A stretch of DNA of 64,000 nt, taken from contig OZ037765.1 of NCBI GenBank assembly GCA_964035545.1, positions 29,201,504 to 29,265,503 of the forward strand, read 5' to 3'. The position numbers and the translations under genes were made by a program. The stretch's first letter is position 1; each line of letters starts with the position of its first letter. Below are positions 42,201 to 54,713 of this stretch, piece after piece. The notes under the pieces are model-generated. The model did not search any database, was not told the DNA's origin, and saw only the letters and a list, made by a program, of their open reading frames with translations. Source of the DNA: Bugula neritina. Lineage: Eukaryota > Animalia > Bryozoa.

Positions 42201-45200
42201 CACTATTTGGGGTTTGGCTCTACACGGCATTGTACTGTATATTAGCGCTTATGGCTGCTCCCAGACGTCTTTTCAGCGCTTTATGGCTCTGGAGGAAAGC
42301 AAATCTAGCAGACTGCTGTGAGTATTTATATTTAGCTTTGAGTATATAAGTACTTTTAGTCTTATTTCATAGTCATGTTGCTATGAATAAATTGACCTGT
42401 AAACACTATAACAAAGTACGTTAATTATAGTAGAGCATGTTGATATACTCTAAGGCACAGCAGGATAAGTGACACAGTGACTACAGTGACTGCATGACTA
42501 CAGTTGCGACTGCATTTGAAACTTTAATAAACAGATTTCTTTCAAACCTATGAAATAAATTAAAATTAATCTCATTTACTTCTACATCCAGCACTTTATT
42601 TGTGGTTGTATAGTAGGGGGCATACTGTATTACATGATAATAGGTCTACTATATTTTATTCGGTATATAATGTATACAAAAGGTAGTCAATTCATTATAC
42701 ACACTTGTATGTATTGCATGCATATATAGACATATAGATATTTCTTCTTCAAATTAATATCTAAGCAAATTGATATGCTATATACACTGTTATTTAGATT
42801 TTGAAGAGAAAAATTCAAATTAAAACTAATAACGGTATTAAATGCTGATATGGAGAACTTGTTGATATAATTTGACATTAATTTACTTAATCTTGACAAC
42901 ACAACATTAAATCAGAATGTTATTTTAGTCTATAATTTCTAATAGCTGCATCTTTGGCATCATATAAAAATCAAACTTTCTTTTCTAAAGCACAGACTTA
43001 ACTTTGCATAAAATTATATAATTATACACTATTGCTGGTTTCTTTGGCGTAATCTGATTTGTGTCGGAACTCCCTATGTTTTGTTAGCTCATGATTATGC
43101 AATAAGTCATACAAGTTTGAGCATCAAAACTGTATGATGTAATTACCATGGTATCATGAAAACACCCAACATTAAGCGCCAACACCAAAATCATCCTACC
43201 ATCATATTACGAATCATTTTAATTAACTGGTAGTTGATGATATATCCTGAAAGTTATTTCATTTCAACATTATAGAATTAGTCATAATAATATTTAGATT
43301 GAGTAAAAAGCCTTATATTTGAAATGTGTTAGTTTTTGCTTCTTGCATGATTTTATTGTTCAATATAGTAGGATATTTAACTTACTATATAATAAACAAC
43401 AATTGTAAAATTTAGTCAGCAGTATTGGCAGCAACCTATGCTCACTTAGTACTTCAGTTTTATTTATTAAAAGTAATAAGTTAAAGTTAAATAGTGAAAG
43501 ATTTAGCGCAGCTAGTTTCAACTATTTGCTATATAAATAATTATTTTTCTATATTTTAGAGTTTTCTGGCTGACTGGTGCATTCAGTTCGTTGATAGGAA
43601 TATGCTGCGGGCTTGTAGGTCTGGTTATATTCTACCACAACAGGTACTGTGATCCCATATCGAATGGCCAGCTATTCAGTATTGATCAGGTAAAGTGGTC
43701 AATTTATTACTATGTTGCGTAATAGCTAAGGCTCTTTTTATTCTTTGACATGCAGGCTTAATTCACAAGTTTCACGGTTTAGTAATAACAGTTTTTATTT
43801 TTATTTATACTTTATATAATTTTTTTACTTTAAAACAACTCTAACTTGTTTGTTTAAAAAGTAAGTTTCGTATAGTTGTTGTCCTATTATCATCTTTCTA
43901 TTATTGTCATGTTATTGTTATATAACTACTAACTTTCTACATAAATTGTAAAGTGACAGTCTGAAATTCTCCATTAATTTATTAAAAAGGGAGTCATCCT
44001 CAATTTATAGCGTAGTATGTTATATTATTATATATTATATTATATATTATTATATATCATATTTGTATTTTGCAGCTTTATCCTCGTTATGTCATGCAGT
44101 TGATGGGAAACTTGCCAGGTCTACCTGGATTCATCTTGTCGGCAATATTGAGCGCATCACTCAGGTAATGCAGGAAAATGAATTACTTCTACTATATAAA
44201 ATGCTTATGCTGCCAGTTTTGAATAGAAGAACTTACCAATGTCATAAAGATATAGAATAACATTTTGGAATTTTGCAAAATCTAAAAATAAATTATTGCT
44301 AAAATTACCAGTTTGATTGTCTTTATACTGGTTTATTATTGAAGAGAGCTCAGTGGAAGTTCTTTTGCAAATTTTGGCAAACACAATCTTCCTCTCTAAT
44401 TGGTAAATTATAGATGAGAAACTTAACCTACAGAGCATGGAAATACCTATTCTGTAGGTATTTGCAGAATTGTAAATTGATGGGTCTAAAGTCGTAGCCA
44501 AACAATTGTCAATGAACATTTTGTTTTGTTAACCGTATATAGATGTTATAGCCACAACACTTTTAGCGATAACAAATTTCATAGCTCACATACTATTATA
44601 ATTATTTTCCACTCAATCATCTATAGACTACTAGTTCATTGTATACGTATTATAACTATTACAGCGGTATTATAGCTGGAAATTACATACACAGCATGCA
44701 AGAAATGAATATTGCATTAAAATGTAAATTGCATGTTATTCCACATACCTGTTGAGCATCTCTCAGACTAGCCTTTAAGAGATTATATGATTTATTTGCA
44801 GCTCTCTCAGCTCTTCAATGAGTGGCCTGACAGCTGTCATACTGCAGGACTTTATCCGACCTTTCACCCCAAATATGACCGACAAGAAAGCAACAATTGT
44901 GTCTAAATTTGTAACTCTCGGTTTGGGTGGTGTTTTGATGGCCCTTGTTCTTGTTGCTATGAATGTTGGAGTTGGGCTATTTACGGTAAAAAATAGAGCT
45001 TTTCTATAAGCAGCTCTAAGTTGGTGGTGACTGAGTGCAGTAGTTTGAAGTCCTCAAGTTTGTAGTTGAGGGCTGAGATTGGAACTTTGAACCCCCAACT
45101 CCGAGCTGCTAATATATAATTTAAAGAGTATACATTAGTAGTTCTGTGCAATGGATCTGCTTAATATGTCACAGAATACAAATTTTCATCATCAAAACGA

Positions 45201-47409
45201 TTAAAATGTTTTAATATAAAAAGTTGTAATTTTAGACTGCTTTTGCACTTGGCGCTATGTTTGGGGCTCCGACAGTAGCAGTGTTCGCCGTAGGAGTATT
45301 CCTACCAATAGTGAACCAGCTGGGTGCTATATTGGGCTATCTATCTGGAGCAGGTATGAGTATAAAGTGCTGTGGTCGCCTTTATTAGTCTGTAACTGTA
45401 TATATGTTATGCATGTTGGAGGGTTCCAATTATTAGGATTCAGCAATTAAAAAGAGAAGATAACCCTGTAAAACCTCACAATAAACATTTTAAATAAAAT
45501 AATAGTCCCAGATTTTTAAATGACAACAGACATAAGTAAAATATAGTGCTATCTACCACATTTTTTAAATATATTATGATTTCGGATTTAAATAAAGTTT
45601 ATTTTGCAATATCTAGTAAGCTAAGCAACATATATTCTGGCGGAGATAGAAACATCATTGAAGTTCATGTTTTAACTCACTTAGTACTGTGGATTCAGTG
45701 TATATTCACTAAAAAATAGGCCAACTGTTCAAAGATTTGAACCCTAATTACAATGCACGTTGTTTTTCTATCTTCATACAGCAAGTGGTATAAGAAATAA
45801 TATTATAAATGTATTACTTTCTTCTGTGAAATTATACTAAAGTTTACATTAAAACTGTTTCCGCTTAAATATATGTTAGCTTTATTAAAGGCAATTGATA
45901 GATGTTGACTTTATTGTAGGTTTTGGTGCGTGGATGGGTTTTGGTGGTCTGACAGCAATGCCATTTATATATCGGTATCCAGTATCTACAGCAGGATGTA
46001 ATGTTACAGATGTTAACTTACTTAACAATTTAACATCTCCAGTGTATGACCCAAGTACTTGGGACCCACAGTCTCATTACAGGTATTGGTGTGGATGTAT
46101 CGTTTATTTTATGCCCTTTAAATGTGAAATAAGAATAAATTTTTGTAGCTAGCAAATGAATAGACTTACGAAGTTAAGCGTTTTCAATTGGCGAGACCTA
46201 CAGCTAAATTTATATGAACAAGTAACAAGAGCAATGAACAGGAAAAAATTTAATATTGCATACCCTATTTAAAACTTCATACATTATGTTCCTTTTTTCA
46301 AAACGTATAATACAAAGTAAAATTTTGTACTTTTAGATCTGGACTTAGTGGTTTTTATGACATCTCTTACACCTGGATTGGAATTCTAGACATGCTGGTC
46401 ACAGTTGTAGCATCAATCATCTTTAGTCACATTATCCGTGAGATTTCTAAGATTCACAATTAAAGTAGCTTAATTAACATAACATATTGATAAGAACTTG
46501 CGACTTATTAAATAAATTTAGCGGCTTAAAGGAAAAAGTTTATAGTTTCAAGTTTAGATATATTGAAATGGTTGTTTATCTGTGTTGAGTTTAACAATAA
46601 ATTAAAAAAGCTAAGCAACACTGATTAAAAACAACGAATTTGGAGTATTAAATTAGTATATAGTCGAACAATTTAATCTTAATGCTTGCTAGAAAAGTTA
46701 TTAAATTAAGCAAAAGGCGATCTTTAATTTATTGAGAGTAAATAAATCAAAATTTTCTGAACTTTTGAATTGTAACTAAGCCAAGTGAGTTAAAGAACTT
46801 GTAAAAATTTTGTGAGCAACACTCATAAAAATTGACTTGGGCTCAGTTTTAAAAACAATATAACTATATTATAATGATAGAATAGAAGAATAACCATAAT
46901 ATTATATGTGAACTTGTATGTGAAACTGGTAAACCTAATGTCTTAGATACATGTATAAGCTTGGTCTCATTCTTCAAATGTAGGCCTGATAAAGAAAGAC
47001 ACAGAAAAAGTAGACAGCAAGCTACTCTCTCCCCTTCTCACTCATGCCTGCTGCTTCATGCCAAAAATGTGGAGAGACAGAATTAATTTCAACGATTGTG
47101 ATGAAGAGGTATGTTAGGCTTTATTTCTTTCTTATTTTGAAATAGTCCAATGAAAGCTCATAAATTATATCTATAAATACTTAAATAATTAATTATATTT
47201 GAGAATTAGCCTTGCTTCTCTGGAAACTGTAGACTTTGTCCCTGATTATTATTATGACCTTAATGGCTTTGTTGATCTATATTATAAAGTTTGTATTTTG
47301 CTCTGAGACGTTGATTTCTCAGGTCACTGATGAAAGTAATAAAAGCACAAAGAAAGAGACGGTAGAAGTATTGAGTGAGTCATCAGAAGTCGAAAACTCC
47401 AAGCTGTGA
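36285..47409 (+). CDS. SLC5 sodium:solute symporter, SMCT/NIS/SMVT-like, tandem copy 4 (most divergent); 15 exons, about 610 aa
   Basis: Exons 36285-36463, 37341-37500, 38270-38335, 40285-40336, 40433-40500, 41674-41828, 42162-42317, 43560-43689, 44076-44164, 44802-44985, 45236-45353, 45920-46082, 46337-46437, 46984-47108, 47323-47409. Motifs GGLKAVMWTDTLQ, DPRARHT, FQRF, YCDPI, LPGLPG. Ends NSKL*. Confidence 0.92.
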
Positions 47410-48719
47410 TAAAAACTTTGTCTCGCTTAAAACATATAAAGAACTTTCAAAAATAGAACTAGTTCTATGCCATTATGATGAATATGATGTTAGCAATAAA
47501 GCTGATGTAAAACCTCTATATTGCAAATGTCATGAATGGGATTTAAGTATAACTAAAATTATTAAATGAAGCGTAGAAAGAGAAGTTTTCTTGGAAAAGT
47601 TGTAGCTTTCAGTGAAAAGAAAACTCCTAAGGATTATATTTTCTTTTCATGCTTTATATTGTAACGTAATAATTTAATGCATTTTATAGTTTTTATTATC
47701 CCCATTTTCTATTTGCTCATTAACAGGGATTGCATAATTAGGACATTTTCTAGCAGTAATAGTCTTGGGATGCTTTTGTAGTAGTAATTCTACATTCGTT
47801 TTGTAAATATTTATGTTTTGATATGCTAGCATATGCAAAAGGAAAGCTGAGGCTGCAGCGCTATATCTTAAATCTACCTGCTAGCTGTTATATTGACTAC
47901 AAATATGCTATAAGCTCTATCTTCTCTCATAATGTTATGTTATACAAGTATATTAGTTTGTCGCCAGTAAATTCATCAACTCATTAGATCATTGTATTTA
48001 TTTTTAAAATAATCAATGTACAAAATCATAATGGTTTTTATTCTAGGTTGAGTTAATATATATTGATATTTTAGCCAACAATGTTTATATAGCAAATAAA
48101 AGTAGTTTATAATTATCAACTTTTGCAATGTTGAATAATGTAATTCGCTATTGGCACATTTCAATAATGGTTTTGAATGTTTATTCTTCATTTCTTTATA
48201 TGCAAAGCTTTGCCAAAGTAATTAAATATAACTTTGTATTTTCAGCATACATTCTTCTAATTTTACTATCACAAAAACAATAAACATGAATGCATTTTGG
48301 CTGAATACAGTATACTTTTCAAATTATTCCTCAAAAAGCTAAAACTGTTTATTTAAGTTGCTTATGGCGAAATGTTTTCGATCACTAGAGAGTCTTTCCC
48401 TGTGGTTTATTTTTATGTAGATAGTATATTATGTAAAAACTATTAGCTGATATTTCAGTTCAAGCTTCAATTGATTAAGCACATGCAATAATAAAATCTG
48501 CAACATGCAAGACAGATAACCCATTTGCTTTTCAACTTCTATGATAATAAGGCCGTGCAGCTTGTTTATGCTAACAAATTCAAAAGGTTAAATCTAACAG
48601 GATACCCAACTGGGATGCACAGTTTGCAGTGCCAGTTTAGATTGGATTAAAAATAGTCAACTTTTATCTTAGCTTGTGAACTTAAACTTCGCACAGAAAA
48701 AGTAGCCCATGGATTTAAA

Positions 48720-51700
48720 ATGACTATTAAGCTTTTTCTACTCTCTTTATGTAAGTCACCGTAATGCATTTTATATTCTTTTGACCTTAGTTCTTAGTAG
48801 ATGTACTTGTTAAATTTTATTTGTTACATTTTCTTAAGTAGGGGTGATTTGAAAACTTGCGGAAAAATCTACAACAAAATATATTATTTAAAAGCCTTCA
48901 AAACTACAAATATTAGCCAATATAGGCTCTATAGAAGACACTGTTTTATATAAACAATAAGAAAAATATTATAAATATTTTATTTTCTTTTATAAGCTTA
49001 GATATGATTAGATTTTATATATCTTTGATGCACAATTTGAGTTTTAGCGACACAAAACTATTTATAGCAATTGAAAATAACTCTAAAAGATAAAAAACAA
49101 ATTTTGTACGATACAATGCACCATGTTACATACAATATATAATATTAATAGAGCTTCAAATCTATTAACTATTATTATATGCTTCAATAGGTGCATGTAA
49201 GTACCATACAGTGTAGAGCTGTAAATCAGAGTGAAGTGTCAAAGTTTGTTAATGACTTCTTCGACTTTAAAATAAAAGAGAACCCCAGCTTGGCCTCCAG
49301 CTATGGCATAAACAAGTATCAATACCTGGTAGAAGAGTGGAATGATGTTGCCTTTCAGCGGAAAATTGTAAGTAACATCTCTACAGTTGCAGATATCTTA
49401 CTTTAAAGAACATAATGTTATCAGCTTTCAGTATCATAACTTTTCACTTCAAGGAATCTGTTGACAATCAGTTAGTAGAGTAATGAGTGAACAAATACAA
49501 TCTAGAAAGTAACTTGATAGCGTTTAGTATATTATATTATTGTATATAATGGATATGATATTGAGATTTGAAATAACTTTATTAGAGGTAGTTTTAAAAT
49601 GCCGAAAAAGCCTTATTAAATTGTTTAGACAGCTTTTAAACACTTTTATGAAACTGATCATACAGCTGGCATTAATATCCTATAGCGTTATACTGCTGTA
49701 AGCAAGTGCAGTAAATGAAATACCCCGAGCTGTATTTTCATTCATGTTAAAGGTAAAAACTACTTCTGTGCCCTTAACTAACATTATCATGATTAAAGTT
49801 CTAACTGGGATTTTGATATCTTGATACTTTCTTGCTGTAGAACAAGAGTGAAGAGTTTCTACTCAGAGTAAAAGATTACTTAGCAGAAACTCTTGAGAAA
49901 AAGGAAGATGAATTGACACTTAAAATCATGGAGCACAGTCTAGAAAAATTCTTATCAGGATCTAAGTATATGAAGTTAGTAGTTTACTGAAAGTCTGTAC
50001 TTGCGTGTGCTTGCAGAGTACTTCAGATATGATCTAACAATATAGCTACTTATATGGTGTGTACCTGCTTTATTTACTTCAATGTGTATTATACTGGTGC
50101 CTAACTAGTAGATGTATTTGATAGTGAAATATTGTCCTTGAACTTTGAATTATATTTTGATCCTATTAGAAAAAAGACAAGCTCTATATGTTAGCTTTTG
50201 AGCATTAGAATGGACTATTTATTTAGCTAGATATAGCTAAATAAATAGGCATCATGGAATATTATATTTCAAACAATATTAAAGTTGTCCCTGTTCTAAA
50301 ACATCTCTCATGCATACTAATATTTCTTGTAGTTATACTAAAACACTGAACGTAGATTTAGCAAGCATTAAGACTGCAGTAACTGTTACAAACCCAGTAG
50401 ACACAGAAGGAGAGTTATTCTTCTGGCATCAGCAAATTGTAGAATATCAACAAGTTGTACGTACTTCTCTATTTGTTTATTAATAACACTCATTGCAATT
50501 ATACTACATGGGTTTTGTAACTCATTTATTTATTTGTAATTGCTTAATTGAATTAAAGAGCAGAAGTATTTTAGTAAATTGTTGTAGAATTCAACTTGAA
50601 ATATTTTACAGGTGACAAGTAGCCATTTTTAATTGTTTAGTAGCCTCAGCTATAACTGTTGGAGAAAAACTAAGCTAAACCTTTGTAACTCAAAAACTAT
50701 TATGTTATTTTAGCAACACGAAAACTGGCTCAATCTGTTTTTAAGAAGCGACCACATCATTTCAAGTTATCATAAATTCATGTAGAACATTATCATTTTC
50801 AAATATTTTTCAAGTAAGTTGTGAAAACTATTATAAAACATGATCTCAGTTAGGGCATAATATTCCTAGACCCTAGCTCAAAAATATATTTCATCTAGGA
50901 GTACAAATTCAATTAATTCTGAAGTTGTCTTATCCTAGCTGTTCATCACTTATGATTATTCTACTTCTTTAAAAATAATCTACTTTGACCTTCTCAGAGT
51001 AGTTGTTTGACATTAATATCTGATGTTGTCTGATTTAAAACCGAAAATCAGTTATAACAAATAATGTAAATAGTTTATTATTTCTATCATGAATTGGGTA
51101 GTAATTTCAAAACAAGAATTACCTTCTCTTGCTATTTATTATTCCATTTGCCAAGACAGGGTTCCTGTTAAAGCAAAAGTATCTGAATTCTAGGCGATTA
51201 CCCTCACTTCTTGATAGTTGTGTAGAAGCAACTCTCATATAGTAAGTCCTCTATAACTGAAAGTCATAGCATGTGGCTGAGTTTATTATACTTATTATAC
51301 TTAATTAACTCATGTGTACTTTTACAGTTAACTCAGTTATTAACTCATCTGATGTTCTCTGTCTTTAGTTTACTGATCAGTTAGCTCTTCTGGATGAAGG
51401 AATTCAGACAGGATTAACACCAGCCAAGACTACTTGTGTAAGTTTATTGTCATCAAACTTTGCACTATTCTAGTTTACATATATAAATTATACCCTAACA
51501 CTATTTGTTTTCGCACATTTTTTCTGCTGCTTGCAAATCAGAAAATGCAGCATTTTTCTTTTTGTGAGTCAGCATGAATGAAACAGTCAACTGTTCATGT
51601 CATTATACAGAAACATGATATACTTTTCTATGAATGTTCTTAATTAGGCATGCAGCTGCTATAGAAACTATTCTGTTCAAAATATATAACAGCAAGGATC

Positions 51701-53201
51701 TTATTGGCGTAGCTGTATAGTGTAATCTGTTACATTTACTATTCTGTATTATTGTTTCACCATTGTTCTAATAACTCATAATATTGTGGGCAAAACTTTA
51801 CTCTTCTCTCCTCAACAAGCAGATGCTGAGAGATCAGTTCTCTGCTAAAGACAATTATTCTCTTCTATAACACATGTTGCCATATTCTTCTGTCACTTGT
51901 TTAGGAATATGTGTTGAATCTGTTTAAAGACGCTGTGGGAGAATCATTTGATGGGTTCTTTGCTTTTCAACCTTACATTGATTTGAAGATAAATGTGACA
52001 GACCTGTAAGTTATCAGCTCATAATTGGAATATTTCATTCCCCTGCAGCTCTCAGTGTATCTATAATTGTTAGTATGTTCTGGTTATTGGAATTTGCTAT
52101 TTTTAGACCAAAGTTCAATGAAGGTGAAATAAATTGTGAAGTTCTTAGAAACCGAATGATTCAGTTTATTGAAAAACTTGAAAATGTAAGTAAAACTTAC
52201 CATTTTTTTGTTGCTGTAAAATATAAATTAACAGGCACCTCATTTTTTCAAATAAATTGTAACATGAATTAATTTTACAAATATTTCATAGTAAGAATGC
52301 GATCATGTATGACTCATATACCCATGTGCTAGTTAATAACTTCTTTAGGAATACTTGCCGCACTGTCGTCCTGTGGGCTCTGCGTCTGCATTACCAGGGG
52401 GAGATAAATACTACGAGGCAGCGTTGAAGCATTACACTGCTGACTATGTAACCCCTGAATATGCTCATCAGTTGGGACTGAAGGAAATACAGAGAATTAC
52501 AACTGACATGAAACAAGTAATATTATTATATCATTACTTGTTCTGTTAGCTGTTATAACTTTCTGGTCATGTGACATGAGCATTGAATTTCTTAACTGCG
52601 AGATATAATAGTTATTAGCTATAAATGCACTTTTATACAGTCTGATGATTAAGTCATGCACCCAAAATATAAGTAATACATTAAAAAGGTAATAAAGTAA
52701 TAATAGATATCCCACAACTAAATAATTTAGACTCAAACCTTACAAAAGTAAAAAAATCACATGTTACATAATGCACATTTATATATTTATACTTATATGT
52801 TGTTATAGGTACATGTTATACAAACTGCATGGAGGCATTATTAATTGTACTTTATTATAGACAACTATTATATTAATAGAGGAATGTAAGCTTTGATGAG
52901 CAAATCTTGCTATAATTATGTAGTTTCTAGTTTCATGAAGTGTTTAGTCTATAGATGTGGTAGAGATGTTATATTGCTTTAGTTAAATAAAAACAAAGAG
53001 CAACCTCTTGCACAAGCAGAACATTTAAAGATATTTTCTATAAAAGTACAGATGGCTATTACTAATTACTAAGCGTATAATTTTAAGTATAATGACCCAC
53101 TCATATTTTGTCAGATAATGTCTAAAGAAGGTTTTATGGGAGGTATTGGTGACTACACACAGTATCTTCTCTCTGATCCTGATGAAACTTTTGCAACTCG
53201 C
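48720..53201 (+). pseudogene. Truncated, frameshifted inverted duplicate of the DUF885 gene (exons 1-9 only)
   Basis: Exons 48720-48750 (MTIKLFLLSL, phase 1), 49191-49367, 49841-49974, 50333-50456, 51369-51437, 51905-52005, 52107-52185, 52349-52516, 53115-53201. Exons 2-9 are reverse-complement homologues of the minus-strand gene. Exon 2 has a 4-nt GCAT insertion (ag|gtGCATgtaagt versus ag|gtgtaagt). No plus-strand exons 10-14 found downstream. Confidence 0.8.
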
Positions 53202-54713
53202 GTAAGTCTTAATTTCTTTGCTTTCAATTATATGCTTGCTTTGACTTCTATGAGGTGATATACAGGTAGTATGACCAGCTGAGTGGCAAATGCTTAGAGG
53301 CCTAGTATCAGTAGTTTGCAATGTCACTATATGTTATATGTTTACACTGACCACCGTGGTGTGGCCCAGTCACACCAATTAATGATGATCTAATTAGCAA
53401 CTGAAGTTTTAACAAAGTCTCTAATTTAAAGCAGGACTCACAAATACAACATTAGAACCTACAGAAGTCTTTATATAATGTTATGTTGCCATGCCTTATA
53501 AATCTTTTCACCAGCGAAATATTATTGAATAAATTTAAAAAACGTTTTTTCAAATGATTCATGTTTGTGAAATATTTGCCTTGCTACTAAAAATTAGAGG
53601 CTTATTTATTTTTTTGAAATGCAGATATAATTTTTTTGTAAACCTAAATTTTGTATAGAGCCCATTATCAATTCTCTACACACATTAGTAATTAACAAAT
53701 ATACAGAGTCATACAAATATTAGGGTTGGTTCAATGCATGAAATATAAAATGACATTAATTTTAATGCATAATCATTTTACAAATTACCAAACCATAATG
53801 GAACTCTCCCACATTTATGAATATGCAGAATGTTTGAGGCAAAACATCTGGTGTTGATCAAGTGACTGTATGAGAGCTTGAAACAGATAGTATGTAAAAT
53901 ATGTGGTGCATATTGTGGTGCAGCAACTTCAAATCACACTGCTTAGTATCCTATTTAGTATTGGGCACAAAAGATGTGTTTTACATATGCACGCATAAGG
54001 TTATAAACACATTTCAGACTAAAATGTTTGTAAATAATATTATATTCGATATATAGACTTCATGCTTTACTTATAATTTAAAAAACTGCACCTACTTCCA
54101 GGAAGCCTGAATTGGTACATTAGAAGAGTTGCATCACACATGCCCACTTGTTTCAACCTTTGATATAATTTCACTGCAAACTTGCGCAGTATTTAAAACG
54201 TGAAACAAATCTTCAATTGAAATTATGTTGAATTTTACTTGGTTGAATTATGTTATAGTTTAACTTGTAAGCTTTTTAGAAAAAATTGTTTGATCTGCAA
54301 TTAAGTGCTCTCAGTTGAATATGTAAGTCAGGGTGCCTTCTTGGTGGTTTCTGAGCATGGAAAGCACAACAAGCAGAATACAGGTGGTAACAGGTAAATA
54401 ACTACAATAGTTTTATTTTTGTATATAGTATATTATATTTTATTTCATAAAAATAAACCTTGTGCAAAATTTGTGAGCACAAACGATAAAATAGACCAGA
54501 AAACAAAAGTTGGATTTACGTATGATACTTAAGAACAAACATTTGCAGCGCTCTTATAACATCATTAGCTAGTTGTATGGTTTACTGCAACAGTCTGGAG
54601 ATACATACAGACTGTAGCTTAATACATAATTTGAGTTTGATTATATTGCTATAGAATGTTACTGCATCATCACGTGAGATAATGCAGTATAAATCAGCAT
54701 TTCTCTGTCACAC

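Noticed and set aside
47401-47409. C-terminal SKL as a peroxisomal PTS1
   Set aside because: Polytopic membrane protein; paralogs end in other S/T-x-hydrophobic motifs, so a PDZ ligand is more parsimonious.
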